The notes: a model not told the origin generated them from the sequence alone. A stretch of DNA of 63,897 nt, filler included, from Hyphochytrium catenoides (GCA_900088475.1; 7 parts of 7 records of this genome joined end to end with filler, not necessarily neighbours in it); one strand, 5' to 3'; numbered from the whole stretch's first letter, positions 22,540 through 37,046 are shown. Translations and numbers: made by a program.

Positions 22540-23445
22540 AGCACAGAGATGAAGGAACCATGGTCCGTCACCAAGCTACAAGGCAGGGAAGACTATCCCA
22601 TGTGGAGTGAGAAGAAGACAGCATGTCTAAGTAAGGTCAATACCCTCGCAGCTCATATTCATCCACAAGCCGAAGACTAGCCAAAAAGGCAGAAGATTTA
22701 CTGGACTGGGAGCTAAAAGATGACCAAGCGCACAGCGGAATTCTGTTGAATTCTGTTGTGTATCGAAGACAAACTTATCGCAGCCATCAGAGGGATGTCC
22801 ACCAGACCAGCATGGGTCAAGCTTCAACAAATGGAAAGTCGCAGCGTCGACAATGTAGTTACCACCAGAATGGGGTGGGGTACCTTATCAACAAACAAGA
22901 GGATGTTACCACCCTTCCAGCTTTCCTTGCAGAACCATGACGCAAGTGGGACCTCATCGAGGAGATGATGCAAATGAACGGTTTTAAGGACAAGCTGCGT
23001 ATGATTGGGATCCTGATGAATCAATCTACCAGACTCTTTGAAGGCCGCAGTGGACGTTTTTCAACTCCAAGGGACAGGAAAACTGACAACTGACCAGCTG
23101 GAGGAGTATCTGATGAATGAAGTACATCGTCAGCAAGCTTGGGGTACTCGAACAGCTAACAAGCAAGATGACTCGGGGATCAAGCACGTCGATGCCAACA
23201 CACTTGCGTCCCCTACTACAAACCCAAACAAGGAGCAGCCACAGCTCAACATCTGTCCCCGTTATCATTGGCCGGGGAAGACACAAACGCGGAGCGTGCT
23301 GGGACTAGCAAAGAATGTACATCTTCGTCCATCATCGTCCCTCAACCACTTCGAAAGGGAAAAAAAAAGTACCCCCCCGAGTCAACCGCCTTATTTGCAG
23401 CGTTAATCCATTCCTTGGACTCTACCGAAAAGACTAAGCTTAGGT
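22540..23445 (+). pseudogene. Copia gag remnant
   Basis: TKLQGREDYPMWSEK N-terminal motif; homologous to ~4060-4640. Confidence 0.75.
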
Positions 23446-23540
23446 AGACGTAGGGGCGATGATGAAGGAATGGGAATTTAATGAAGCTCCGTCTGTGTAG
23501 TTAGAGCTCTAAGTAAGACCATTTTGCACACAAATAATCC

Positions 23541-23800
23541 TTCAAGCTCCAAACTCCCAGTAAAAGCCGAGATATCAAGCAAACGAAGTGTTCCTGTTTA
23601 TATCTATGGCTAATGCTCAGTACCCCTGAATACCTTTAGGACTGACTGTTGTGGACAAGGATATCTCTACGACCGAATATCTTGGGGTTTATTTGGAATA
23701 GTTGGAAATACGGAACAGATTGTGGGACCCAGCTGGGCTTATAAGTAGAGCACTCTTCTCAACTAATGATATTGTCCTATCATCCCATACAAATCCAACA
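23541..23800 (+). mobile_element. LTR family A, 5' truncated
   Basis: Homology to the A consensus through ...AATCCAACA. Confidence 0.85.
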
Positions 23801-24213
23801 GTTTCATCCGATATCGTAATGAAGCACAATATCTAAGCCGGGAGCTTACTGGTCATTCCATGACGGATAAAGGAAAGATCAAAACGTCTGTTCCATCCCC
23901 TTCGCCCATCGATGTAATACCGCAGTGGTAGTAGCAGGCCAAAGTGACCAAACCCTGAGGATCTCAGTTCAAATCTGGAAACCCAGAGGTTTACTTTATG
24001 CTTCCACGCATCATCACCAGGTTTCCGCCCCATACGATTTTCAATACAGTGAAAGTCTTAAATATTGTACTACTCAGTAGTAATAGATTAGCCTGTCAAA
24101 CAGACGGCCACACGCCTCCTGAAGGATAGTCCTCACATCGTCCACCACTACGTCGAAGCGCTGAGAATTTATGCACCTCTCCTGTAAAATGGACCTGTTT
24201 GCGAGATGTTGGC

Positions 24214-24566
24214 TGATGAGATTACAGAGCTCGGTGGCGATGCCTGAAGCTTCTATATGAGTACAATCTAGATGAAAGGATAACAAAGGGACCGGGTAGT
24301 GATATATGATTGAGATTTTATGAATCAATGAGTCATGACGTCGATTTGATTTGCTTGCTCTCTATATCTATTGCCGTCCCAGCTTCCCTCATCATCTCTC
24401 TTTCCTGCGCTGCCCCGACGTTCACAAGGAAGAGTTAATGGAATTCTTCTCCTCACACCTCTCTTTCCCGTAAAACATGCGTACCCGGAACGTCTATGTC
24501 CCTGAGAGCTAGGTGTGTATAGAGAGTGACTACTGTACTACTGACAACGAGCATTGTAGCACAACA
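24214..24566 (-). mobile_element. LTR family C (probable 3' LTR)
   Basis: TGTTGTG...CATCA preceded by AAGGGAG on the minus strand. Confidence 0.8.
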
Positions 24567-27500
24567 CTCCCTTGCATACCTAGCTTCTCTGGATCATCAG
24601 TGTTGACGGTCAAATTAACCCACCTAATCGTCGGTCTCACTCACTCTCTCCCCCTCAGACGAAGCTAGGTGACCCTAACCATGACTCAATATGGCTCCTT
24701 TGTCGGCCTCCTTACAGTCGTCCAGATCTCCAAAACTCCACATTAGTCTGCGGAGAACCTTGTTATTATGTCAATTCTTCTTTGAAATTTTTGACGAAGA
24801 TAAACTCTAAACTCTTCTTGGTCATTCGTAACCTTGAAACATTTCATGGTGGTGATCTGTTCTTGCTTGCCAAGAAGCGATAGGTCAATTGATGGTTTCT
24901 GGAGAGAATCCTTGTTTTTTGTTGATAGTTCTGGAATCACTCCTTGTTGCTGTTGCTGGAACCAATTTTTGCCGATAGGCTTGGTTGACGCCTCGAGTCA
25001 CTTGCGAGCAACGGTAGCTTTGTATGGGCAGTAAAAAGCGCGTATGTGGAACTTGTTAAGTAACTAAAAAGTGCGTATGTGGAACTTGTTAAGTAACTGA
25101 GCTATTAATTAGTCTTTATTAGGTTCTCCACTAAAGCGCTATCATAGCTCAGGCTTGCAGGGAAGTGATAGCGCAGGATCCAGCCTTGGGCTGCATTTTT
25201 GAAGAGCCTAGTGCAAGATGACCGATGGTAGTTAGAGTATTCTTTGTGACGGCTGTTTGACAGGATGTTTTTTCTATAAAGTACTCTTTTCTAAATATTC
25301 AAAGGTGATGAATTTCATGGCTTTCACTGCTTGTAGTAGGAACCAGTAGTGGGTTGTGCCACATCTCGCCTGTAAATAACCATGGCTTCTGATATCCTTA
25401 AGTTCTGTCTCTACCGAAAGTCGTGGCGGAGCGGGTGCTACTTATTACTACCTCTAGCGTTATTAACCTCTAGCGTTATTTTTTAAGGCATCATCGACGC
25501 TGTGATACGATAGCTTCGTCTCAGATATTGGTTGTGTTAGTGAGGATGGGTTAGCCGCCTATCTGCTCGCCCACCCATAACAACCTCATACATACTAGCA
25601 GTGGGCGTAATAATAGTGCTAGGTGGTGTATCAGTAGTGGCACCACCTCTAGCAACTGATACTGCCTCCCAAGGCTTATCGTCTAGCGGATCCTACTTCA
25701 GCCTATCGGAAGATCGTGATCTCAGGAGGTGATGGGTGTGTGTTTGTATGGGTGTGGACCCTCCTCTTGTGTGTGTGTACTGTGGGTGGGTATGTGGAGC
25801 TAAGGGGGCGGTAACGGTTAGCACAGGGAGAGATGGACATGTCAAGTAGGGAAATCCTTCAGTTTATTATCTGTAAAGAGTGCTCAGAAGGCAGAGACAG
25901 AGTGCCTTTCGACTCTAAAATCTACTATTTACCAGCAGAGCGCTGTCTGGCAGGTCTATTTTCAGAGCTTTCTTATTGGAAGACACCGAGCCTTAAAAAT
26001 CTGAAGGGTTATCGGCTTGAAGCTGAAGAGCAACCCGAATGTAATGTCTCTCTAACCATTTCTTGGTATCAATCTTCCCACTCTGCCTCGCACCGGTCTG
26101 GCGCCTTTGGATCCTAGAAATTAATGGAAATTTCTTCTTTCTCTTATGCTTCTTGGTCCCCTGTCTAAACCCCTGTCCGTCTGGTCTCTAATCTGTTCTT
26201 TGTCTCGTTTTACCTGTTCCAGTCTCCGGGGTTCTTTCTTGGCCTTTTGATTTTCCTAAACATATCTCTTGCACTGCTCTTTCTTTCCGACCTTATCACT
26301 CTGTCTGCCGCAAAAGCGAGAGACAAGCAGGGAAACTTGGTCAGAACGTCCCCGGCCCGCCTTCTAAACTGAGGGGCCCCAAAATTTAGCCGCAGTTCTT
26401 CGTAACTACACAATGTGCGTGTAACATCAACAGTAACTTCAACGATATCTAACATTCACGTACGCAAATGGCACCTACCAGACGCTTTTGATTATCCCCT
26501 GCTCTTGTGACACTATAGAAGGTTGAATGCTCTAAAACAAGGAGCCTCGCAAGTCTCAGGCCATCCCGCTTCTTAGTTTCTTCAGTACTACCAGCAGGCA
26601 CTTGTTGGGGCTCCATCTCGTGGGACACTAAGAGCTATACATATTCTATAGAAAAGAGTTATGATCCTAATAAACAATGATGGTGTTGTCTTCTTGGCAT
26701 CTGCCTTCCTTTGATTGTGTTCAAGGTTCAAGGATAGTTGTTTGCCAAGCTACTGTTTTTGAATCATCCAGGCGTTTATTCATCAACGGGAATGATGGTA
26801 TGGAGCTCCAAACAACGTGGGCCTTACTGCCCTGGTCTTACTTATGGTGGCTGGCTGGTCGTACAAGCCAAGTAGTAACGACTCCTCCGTCCGTCCTCGC
26901 CTTATTGCTACTGTGGTTCTAGACAAGCATCTTCTTCCCTGAATTCCCACCCTAAAATGTTGGCTCCAAGGGTGAACGTGTGGAGGGCGGAGACAGCTTC
27001 CTCCTTTTCTTGCCCACAACAGCTGAATTCGCCTTATGAATATAAGCATTAATAGTGCAGTCAGTTGATCCTATTATCAGAGGGTTAGTGCCACGCGCAT
27101 TTTCGACGACAGAAGTTAGGATGATAGAAGTTTTCTGTCAATGATGGGTTAGTGCCACCCTGCCAAACTGATCAAGAAGTTTTGTAGGAGAAGGCTTGTA
27201 CTTTTCAGGCCTTGCTTTAGAATCCAACTCGCCGTTATTTGGGATGAATAGTTGGGGCTGTTGCTCTAAAAGACAGGAGAACCAAGTTCGTACTACCACC
27301 TGCGCACGCGTGCCACTCTACCTGCGTCGTCTCAACCAACCACACATTGAGGTTTTACACGGAACATGATGTATAACTGACAGCCAATGCACTCAATTCA
27401 TAAATGGTGGGGCATTTGAGCGCTTTTCGGTGACAATGTAGGGTAAATTTAGGTAAAAGTGCTCTTTTTTTGACAGCCTTGACAAGTTGGCAGAATTAAC

Positions 27501-28024
27501 GGAAAATAAAAGAAGATGAGTCACACAGTCCATGAGAAGGCATTGCCTGCAATGATAAAGCCTGAGGTAATAACATTAGGAGTTGGGTGGCAGGGAAAGG
27601 CTGACTCTACGAGTTACAATGGGGAAACCGCCAGCTTTATCTTCTGTGAACTCCTGTCGAACCTCTTATCGAGAAAGCTTCAAATTGAAAGCTTCAAGCT
27701 GAAAGCTTCAAGAAAGAGGCAATTCCTCAGCTAAATACATCTTGAACGTTTCATACTTCTACGGAAAGTTCTGATAGTGATTGATGAAGAGCCACGAGAG
27801 AGGAGGGAAGGAAGGTGAGGCTGCGTAGGAGCGGATAGACGGCAGACAGAGCGGCCACAAGATACGCAATGAGTAAAACAGAGTAACTTTCTAAGGTCAA
27901 TTATAACAGCCTTTAACACCCCAAGGACGAGCTTTCTTTCCCCTTTTTGGTAAATATTTTCGCGCACATCTAAGTCCAAGAGATACCGTATAGGAAAGCC
28001 AGAGAAACAGGATAGGGGCAATAT

Positions 28025-29620
28025 GTGAGTAAGGTCAGAGGTCTTCTGCTTTTCAACGAGGATTCCCTTCCAGGCCTGAGAAGAGCCGTGAGGTTTGACT
28101 TTGAAGTGGAAGCGGGTGATCAATCAGAAGAGTTTACTGAGCCAGTCGGAGCCCTGGAGAATGAAGACGAAGGGACTTATGATGCTGCTGCAGCCGACTC
28201 CACCCCTCCTGAGGGCGTTAACCCTGGGTTACGACAGTCCACCAGAATGTCTCTACCGCCGGTCAGAGATTTTATGGTGACTCACTTTGCTAACTCTGTT
28301 AGCGACAGTGTGGTTGACAGCGACGAGCCGGCTAGCTACAAGGAAGCCATCTCTAGTCCAGCAGCAGAAAGGTGAAGGGAAGCCATGGACGAGGAAATGC
28401 TCTCTCATGAAGAACAAGACTTGGGAGCTGGCGGAGCTGCCCAAAGGTAGAAAAGCTGTTACTTGTAAGTGGTAAGTGTAAAGAAAGAAGACAAGGATGA
28501 CACCGTTCAACGGCACAAGGCCAGCCTGGTAGCTAGAGGATTCACCACCCAAGTGGAGGGAGTTGACGACGAAGAAACCTTCAGCCCAGTGGTCAAGTTT
28601 GCAACCATTCGCCTAGTGGTAGCCCTGACGGCAGCTGCGAAGCAGTGAAGCTGTACATGAGGTGGTAGCCGCTCGGCTAGGTTAAAGCGGGAGAGGAACA
28701 CTTTGTCTGCAAACTGAAGAAGTCCATTTATGGACTAAAGCAGACCAGCGGATCCTGGAACAAGGTCCTAAATGACTTCCTTATCAGTCAAGGCTTTTCC
28801 CGAAGCCAAGCTGACCTCTGCCTCTACAGAAAGGAAGGTGGAGACAAGAAGGTTATATATGTCTTATGCTATGTTGATGATCTCATCATAGCTACGAGTG
28901 ATCCAGACGAGACAGCACGCTTGAACATCTCTGTGCGCCACCTTCAAGAACTGATTGCCTTCTCGGATGCGGACTGGGCTGGTGACAAAAGGGATCGGAA
29001 GAGCACTTACGGCTATGTCTTCTTTTATGGTGGTGCGGCGGTGACATAGAAATCCAAGAAGCAAACAACGGTTGCTCTCTCTTCTAGTACTGAGGCAGAG
29101 TACAGTACATTGGTTTATCGGAGGCAGCAAAGGTGGCGGTGTGGTTGCGCCAATTACTTCGAGACTTGGAATTCAAAGGAGAGGGACCAACGACGATCTA
29201 TGAAGTTAATATGGGTTCATCTTTCTTGCTGACCATCCTGTTGGTCACCATAGGACCAAGCACATCATAGAGGTGCGCTATCGCTTTAATTTGTACGTCC
29301 ACAAGGTAGAGAGTAAGGAACCTAAGGTCAAGTACTTGGCAACGGAGGCCATGGTCCCTGATGTCCTTACTAAGGCTCTACCGAGGGATAAGCACTCTGC
29401 GTTGTGCGTAGGTACTGTGTGGATCAGATGCACCGCAAACTCAAGGACAAAGCCAGTGACAGAGCCAAACGAGTGGGAGTGTAAGGAATACTGGAAGTTA
29501 CTGCTGACGTTCGCACTTTGTAGTAGTCTCTCTCGCACTGTCTCTGTGCTAGAACGTGCTGGTCTTGTGGGTTCGTTAGACTTTCAAGATGGAGGTTGGG
29601 ATGGCGCTCTGAATTTCTCA
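28025..29620 (+). mobile_element. Copia RT-RNase H remnant with PPT and start of an LTR (29480)
   Basis: [62 protein letters not shown]; GAGTGGGAG-TG. Confidence 0.88.
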
Positions 29621-29954
29621 CTGGACACAACGACTGAAGCTCTTGAAAGTCTTTCTTCCTTCGTGTCTCTTTGTTGAGGTCTTTGTCTTTACTCCCTTCT
29701 ACTTCTATCTTCTTTGCAGGTGTTGCACATCCATCGTAGACCTTGGACATAGGAAGTTGCTCGGTAGGGTCACTTTGATCTTACTAATTCCTTCATCAAT
29801 CTCCTACGAAGAGCACAAGCCCAACACTACCTCTCAACGAGCACTCAGCTTAAAGTTATTCCGAGAAATCTCAATCATATTTCACTACCCAGTCTCTTTG
29901 TTATCGTTTCATCGGTTGTGCTTATACAAATTAAGACAAAACCTATCCCACGAT

Positions 29955-30274
29955 GCTACAATTTTAATGCTCGTTGTCAGTAGTAGTCACTCTCTATACA
30001 AACCTAGCCCTCAGCGACGTAGACATCACCCGTACAACAACTGTGTTATGCCCATGAACTCTTCCTTGTAAACGCTAGAGCACAGGGAGGATTGTGAAAG
30101 AGGCTGGGACGGTGCAAATATCTGCGCTGGAGCACACCTAACTCAGACTCATTCACAGAACTCTCATCACATATCACCCTTACCCAGTCCTTTTTTTGTT
30201 ATCGGTCCACCTAGCTTGTGCTCATACTACAGAAGCTTCAGACATTTCCATTCAGCTCTGTAGAAATCTCATCA
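29955..30274 (+). mobile_element. LTR family C, degenerate
   Basis: AATGCTCGTTGTCAG...CTCATCA homology. Confidence 0.7.
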
Positions 30275-30279
30275 AGTGA

Positions 30280-30824
30280 TCCTATCGAGGAGATGATGCA
30301 ATGAAGGATTGTGAGGACAAGGTACGCCTGATTAAAATCCTGGTAATCTACCAGACTCTCTGAGGCCGCAGTGGACGTAATATATCATCTTCAAAGAACA
30401 GGAGGAAACCTACCAGATGATCAACTGGAAGAGGATCTGATGAACGAAGTTCACTGTCAAAGCTAGGTAGGGACACAAAGCTAGGTAGGGACACTAGAAC
30501 AGCCAGCAATTCAGACTACTCGCCTATGAAGCAGGTCGATGCAAACGCGCTTGCACCCTCTCTAACACGCCAAACAAAACTGCAACTGAATGCCCGTCCT
30601 CATTATTGCAATTCCTGGGGGAGACACAAATCAGAAGCGTATTGGGAACTAGCTAAAAACTGCTAATCTTCGGCCATCATCGTACCTCAACCACACTTAT
30701 ACAGTGAAATAGTACCAGCAGACGATTCAACCGCACTCAATTTGCAGCGTTCATCAATTCGTCGGATTCTGTTGAAAAGACTAAGCTAATAAACTCTCTT
30801 GCAGAAGTCTCCACTTACACGACA
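30280..30824 (+). pseudogene. Copia gag remnant running into a gap
   Basis: Homologous to ~4130-4660 and ~22950-23440. Confidence 0.75.
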
Positions 30825-30924
30825 NNNNNNNNNNNNNNNNNNNNNNNNNNNNNNNNNNNNNNNNNNNNTTAATTAATTAANNNNNNNNNNNNNNNNNNNN
30901 NNNNNNNNNNNNNNNNNNNNNNNN

Positions 30925-31470
30925 CTTCCTCCATTCTCGAACGGTCTCTCTCTCTCTTCTCTCTCTCTCTCTCTCTCTCTCTCGCCCCGTCTTTGTCTCT
31001 CTCTCTCTTTTCTTTCTTTCGCTGTCTCTTCCGTACTATTGTCTTTCTTTGTCTGTGGGTCTTCCTTCTTCTCTCGTCCAGTTGGTTCTGGACTTTTGGA
31101 GTCCAGTCCGTTGCAGGACTAGTCTTCCATTATTAAGAGGAAGTTGATGAGCTGGAGAGAGACAAAGTATCCAGAAAGCACATCCAAAAAAGTTCGACAT
31201 CTTTTACGTTGCTGCTCTCCCTTTGCTCCTTTGGACATTGCGGCGGTGGTACTAGAAGCGGAAGGAGTCGTCATGCTCCAGTCCCTCATCTGGTTTCTCT
31301 CTCTCTCTTCTCTTACTCCGTCTCGTTTTTTCTTTATCCTTTTCCTTACTTGTCTTCACTTGGACCTTTGTCAGAAGCTCTCTCTCTCTCTCTCTCTCAC
31401 TCACTCAACTCCCTCTATCTGTCGCTAACTTTCTCTCAGCACTTCTCTCTCGCTCTGTCACCCTCAAAAC

Positions 31471-31503
<33 letters not shown>

Positions 31504-34151
31504 GAAAGAGAGAGAGGGCGAGCGAGCGAGAGAGAGAGAAGGAGAGGAAAAAGGAGAGAAATGTGAGAGAGAGAGACAGAGAGACAGAGAGAGAACGAGG
31601 GAGAGAGAGAGACACACAACACAGAGAGAGGAAAGAAGGATGCATGGCCAAAGGAGGAAAGATGATGGATGATGAAGAATGAGTTGCCATCAATCACTCT
31701 CAGGAAACACTATCAACATAAAACGCCATAAAGCCTCCTTAAATGTGACTCTTTATAAAGCTTCTGATTGGCGGTTATCCTATTAGATACTTCATTTTCA
31801 ATAAAAACCAATAAGATCACAAACAAACCTCTATAAAACATCAACGGACCTTCCCCCTCTGGCCAGCCGGTTGCCTATCTGTCGTCGCAAGGAAACCAGC
31901 CCAGGACCCAAGCAGAATAAACGATGGCTATACGGCGCATGTTTAGGTAACATCAACTCAAATCCTCCTGAATGAGCTGTTTGGCTATGTGGGACTAGAT
32001 CCTTAGTGAGACCCCGGCGAAGGATTGGATCTGACCAGGTCGTGCATGGCTCAGGGACTGTTTGATGGCGGTCGTGCATCAAAACGGAGGAAGACGAGAT
32101 CTGCTCTATGCGCCGAATAAAAGCTTAGGATAAAACTCCTTTCCGCGTCCACTTGAAGGGGAAAAAAAGCACTCAAACCCATCAACCCGCAAAAAGATCT
32201 TTTGTGACTAATTTCCACTACTCGCCCTTTAGACTCACTTCTGGTCCAAAAAACCTTTGACAAAATATGAGAAACTGCCTATGGAAAAGGTTAAAATTAC
32301 CCTTTAGGATTTAGACGTGCAAGCATCTTTGCAGCTTCCTCGTCTTTGGTCGTTTCTCTCTCTCTTTGTCTCATCTCTCTGTCTCTCTCTCTCTCTTTCT
32401 TCTTGTTCTTATCCTCCTTCTCTTCTCTCTCTCTCCCTCTCTTTCTCTCTCTCTCTCTCGCTCTGCGTTTCTCTCGCAGTGTCTCGCTCTCTCTTTCTTA
32501 CCTCTCTCTCCCCCCTCCCGGCCGCCACTCCCTCGCTTTTCTATCTACAATACTCTCTCTCTCTCTCTCTATGTCTCTCTCTCTCTCTCTCTCTCTGTGT
32601 CTCTCTCTCTCTCTCTCTCCCCCTCTTACTCTCTGCGCTGCTTTCGCGTCCTCAGAAGATGTCTCGAAGAGAAATCCTAGCAGAGAGCCGAGAGGGAAAC
32701 AGAAGAATAGAAAGAGAGTTGAAGGAGAAGAGAGACAGGGAGGGGAAAGAAAGAGAGAAAGAGCATGAGAGAGAGAGAGAGAGAAAGAAGAGGCAACGAC
32801 GTTGCTCCAAGGGATGGGGGATTAAGGGTTATCCCTAACATCAGTGCAGACTTTAAGCTCCTTCAAGTTCCTTTCGCAAACAAACAGAATGAAAGGACGA
32901 AAAGACTTTAAGCTCCTTCAAATTCCTTTGGCAAACAGACAAACAGAAGTACGAAAGAGAGAGAGAGAGAAAAGGAGAGAGAAAGAGAGGGAGACAAAGA
33001 GAACGAGAGATCCCGAGCTAGAGAGAGAGAGAGACCTAAAGCGGGAGAAAAGTGAACCCGCCGAGAACCGTCGTAGGTTCGCAGTTCGCACAGACCAATA
33101 GACCGCGGACAAGAGAGAGAGAGAGCAAGACAGAGCGGAGAGAGGTGGAGGAAGAGAAGAAGAAGAGAGAGAAGGGTTAGGAAGACTCCAAAGGAGAAAG
33201 ACGGCAGGGAGAGAGAGAAAAAATAGAGCAGGGAGAGAAGCAGTGACTTTGAAGAAGAGGAAGAAGCCGGACAGCGGCGGCATTCTGATGGCCATTCTTC
33301 TCTCTTTAATTCCCCTAACATTTGTCCAGCTCTCACGCTCCCGGCGGAAGAAAATGAAAGAGAGAGAGGGAGAGAGAAAGGAATTCTTCCCTAACGTTTG
33401 TCCAGCTCTCACGCTCCCAGGCGGAAGAGATGGAAGAGAGAGAGGAGAGAAAAAAGAATTCTTCCCTAACATATTTGTCCAGCTCTCACGCTCCCAGGCG
33501 GGAGGAGATGAAAGAGAGAGAGGGAGAGAGCAAAGAAGAGAACTAAACGAGAGGGATCGTATTATCTCTTGAGGAGGAACGCGGTACCTGAAGAAAGCAG
33601 AGAAGAAGAAGATGGTGATAAAGAGACAGAGAGAGATCAAGCAAGTGTGTGTGAGAGAGAGGAGAGAAGGCGAGGAGAAGAGAGAGAACAAGGCAGCTGA
33701 GCCAGGATCCCTCATCAGGTGCAGAGACTTTGGCTTGGTAAGAAGAGAGAGAGAGAGAGAGAGAGAGAGANNNNNNNNNNNNNNNNNNNNNNNNNNNNNN
33801 NNNNNNNNNNNNNNTTAATTAATTAANNNNNNNNNNNNNNNNNNNNNNNNNNNNNNNNNNNNNNNNNNNNTTCTCTCTGTGTGTGTGGGTCTCTCTCTCT
33901 CTCTCTCTTCTCAGCTTTGGATTAGAGCAGCGCCTCTATCGCTTCCCTTCTGGACTGAAGAAGAATGAAAGTGCCAGGCGGAAGCTGAGATTAACTGAAC
34001 ACAGAGTCTATTCTTTCTTTTTCTCTCGTCCTCCTTTCTCTTTCTCTCCTCTCTCTCTCTCTCTCCTCCTCTCCATTGGCTAAGCCAATCATCTTTCCTC
34101 TTCCCTCTTCCCCCATTGGGCTCTTCAGCTGTATTGCTGACAGGAAGCCGG

Positions 34152-34201
<50 letters not shown>

Positions 34202-34396
34202 CGTGATAAGAGGAACGAAGTCGAGGAAAATAAGGTGTGAGCTCCCCTCTTTCCTCCCCTCTCTCTCTCTCACTTTCTTTCTCCTTAAACTGCCTTCTTT
34301 TCTGGCGAGCCGAAGACGCCTCATCCAACAGCATAAGAGAGAAGAGACACTGGTAGGGAAGAAGATAAGAGAGAAAGCTGAAGAGAAAAAAGAAAG

Positions 34397-34428
<32 letters not shown>

Positions 34429-37014
34429 GAGAGAGAGGAACAGAAAGCTTCTCTGATATATTTCTAGGAAGGACACCATCACTCAAACTCAGATTTATTG
34501 TCTATACAAATGTATGCATAATATCCCTTCCTTTCAAACCCACGCACTCAATAGGGAAATTACATGTAACGTCTTCTGCTTGTCTCTCTGTCTCTCTCAG
34601 TGTCCTCTCATCCCCCTCTGTCTGTGTCTATCCCTATGAATACTGTATTGTCTCTTTATCTCTTCTCTCTCTGTCTTTATCTCTCAGGTCTCTTTGCCCC
34701 TACTCTAACTCTGTCTCTTGTAGTTCTACTCCCAAGCTCTTCACGCTCTCACTCCTTTCCTTCCCTCTCTCTCACCCTCTCACTTTCTCTCTCTTTCTCT
34801 CACTTTCTCTCTCTTTCTCTCTCTTTCTCTCTCTGTCTCTCTCTCTCTCTCTGTCTCTCTCTCTCTCTCTGTCTCTCACTCACTCTCTCTCTCTCTCTCT
34901 CATGCGCCGACTGAAGAAGATTCACTTCCGCGCCACCACGTCAATCTGTAGGGAAGAGCAGTGAAGCGGCACACTCTGGATCTCCCAGAAAGAAGTGGTT
35001 CTCTCTCTCTCTCTTGGTCGCTCTCTCTCTCTCTCTCTCATTCCCTGTCACTCACAAAACCTCCGAGCCCCCTTCCAACGGAGACTTTCTCTCTTGCTTC
35101 TCTCTCTCACTCTCTCTCTTTCTCTGTACAGAGACTCTTTTTTCTCTCCTGTCTCTCTCTTTAGCTGGTCATCATGGCGCGCCGAGGTTCCAAGCATTCC
35201 CAAGACTTTAGCAAGACGCCGACGTAAGTCTCACGCTACTTTCTCTTCTCTCTCTCTCTCTATCTCTCTCGCTCTCTCCCTTTCTCTCCCTCTCTCTTTC
35301 TCTCTCTCTCTCTCTTCCTCTCTCTCTCTCTCTCNNNNNNNNNNNNNNNNNNNNNNNNNNNNNNNNNNNNNNNNNNNNTTAATTAATTAANNNNNNNNNN
35401 NNNNNNNNNNNNNNNNNNNNNNNNNNNNNNNNNNGGGGGAAGGAAGAGAGAGAGAGAGAGAGGCGCGCGCGAGAGAGAGGAAGAGAGACAGTGAGAGAGC
35501 GGAAGCGATAAAGAGAGAGAACAAAGAGAGAGAGAGAGAGAGAGAGAGGAAAAATGGAGGGAGGGAGAAAGAGAGAAAGAAAGAGAGAGAGAGAGAGAAC
35601 AAAGAGAGAGAGAGAGATAGGGAAAAGGGAGGGCGGGAGAGAGAGAGAAAGAGAGAGCGAGAGCGCGAGAGTGAGAAAGAGAGGGAGAGAAAGGGATGGA
35701 GGGGCAAAGGGGAGAAGGGCAGAGAGAGAGAATGACGTAGAAAGAGAGAGAGAGAGAGAGCGAGTGAGCGAGCGAGAGAAAGAGAGAGTTAAGAGTGAGA
35801 GAGAGAGGTGGATAGTGATATGGATGAATAGAGAGAGAGAAAGAGGATTGTGACTCTTTTCTCACCCTGCCTTTGATAACGCTCTTGGAAGACACGTGTC
35901 TCTTCCTCGGTAAAGTCTCCGAAGAGAAACATCTTCCAAGGAATGACGAGAGTAGGAGAGAGAGAGAGGGAGAGAGAGAGAGAAAGAGATACAGAAAGAG
36001 GGAGATAATTCTTGCAGATCAGAGATCGAGGTCAGCAAGAAGAAGAAGAGATGCTTTCATTCCACCACAGGAAACAAGAGAGCGCGCGCGAGAGAAGCAA
36101 GAGACGGACAAAGTGAGAGAGAGAGAGAGAGAGAGGCAGAGAGAGAGACGAAGACGACGGCACGGGGAGAAAAGATAAGAAGAGGAAAGAGTCTGGTGAT
36201 GTTTGGCCCCTAAAATCAAAAGGAGAAACGGAGAACTGCCGGTTGAGGAGAGGAGAGGATGCAGGAGAGACAGGAGAGAAAAGAAAGCAGACTCTGTGAG
36301 AGAGACAGAGATCAGAATCAAGCGAACTGCACTCTTGAGTTGCACCTGCAGATGTCAATGAGAAAGAAGTCTGACTGGACTGAGGACAGAGATATAGAGA
36401 TAGGGAGAGAGGAGAGAGAAGAGAGAGAGAGGAGAGGAGATGATGAGACAGAAGGAGAGAGACAGGGGAGCGAGAGAGCGAGAGAGAGAGAGCGAGCGAG
36501 CGAGAGCGAGCGAGAGAGAGAGCGAGCGAGAGAGAGAGAGAGNNNNNNNNNNNNNNNNNNNNNNNNNNNNNNNNNNNNNNNNNNNNNNNNNNNNNNNNNN
36601 NNNNNNNNNNNNNNNNNNNNNNNNNNNNNNNNNNNNNNNNNNNNNNGAGAGAAGGAAAAGGATTCAGATTTTCTCTGGCAACCGGTCCCCACCCGCCTTC
36701 AAAGACGCTAAACCATTGCTTACAAACTGCTATTTACCCACCCGACCTCGTTCTTATTTCTGGTGATGGTTTAGACTCGGCGCAGTTCACTTCTACTGAA
36801 CTTGGTTAGTAAGATAAATCCCAATAATGGGAGGTTCTGATTACTATTTTCGGACGGGCTTAGATAGATTGGTGTATCAGTGGTGCTTTCTTGTCTCGTC
36901 TCTGTTTTGATAAAGTATACTCCTTCTCTCTCTTCTCTCTCTCTCTTCTTATTGGGATTTCTCTCTCTCTCTCTCTCTCCCTTCATTTACTTTCCTACTG
37001 TCTATCAATAAACC

Positions 37015-37046
<32 letters not shown>

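Noticed and set aside
25033-25098. 33-bp tandem duplication (also short ones at ~25450, ~30457 and ~32850)
   Set aside because: Ordinary slippage or repair duplications.
26210-26455. hAT dimerisation-like KFPCLS...SER motif
   Set aside because: Too weak and isolated to call.
27670-27712. GAAAGCTTCA triple repeat as a heat-shock element
   Set aside because: Spacing does not fit nGAAnnTTCn arrays.
33305-33510. CRISPR-like repeat-spacer pattern
   Set aside because: Eukaryotic context, low-complexity related spacers and no cas genes.
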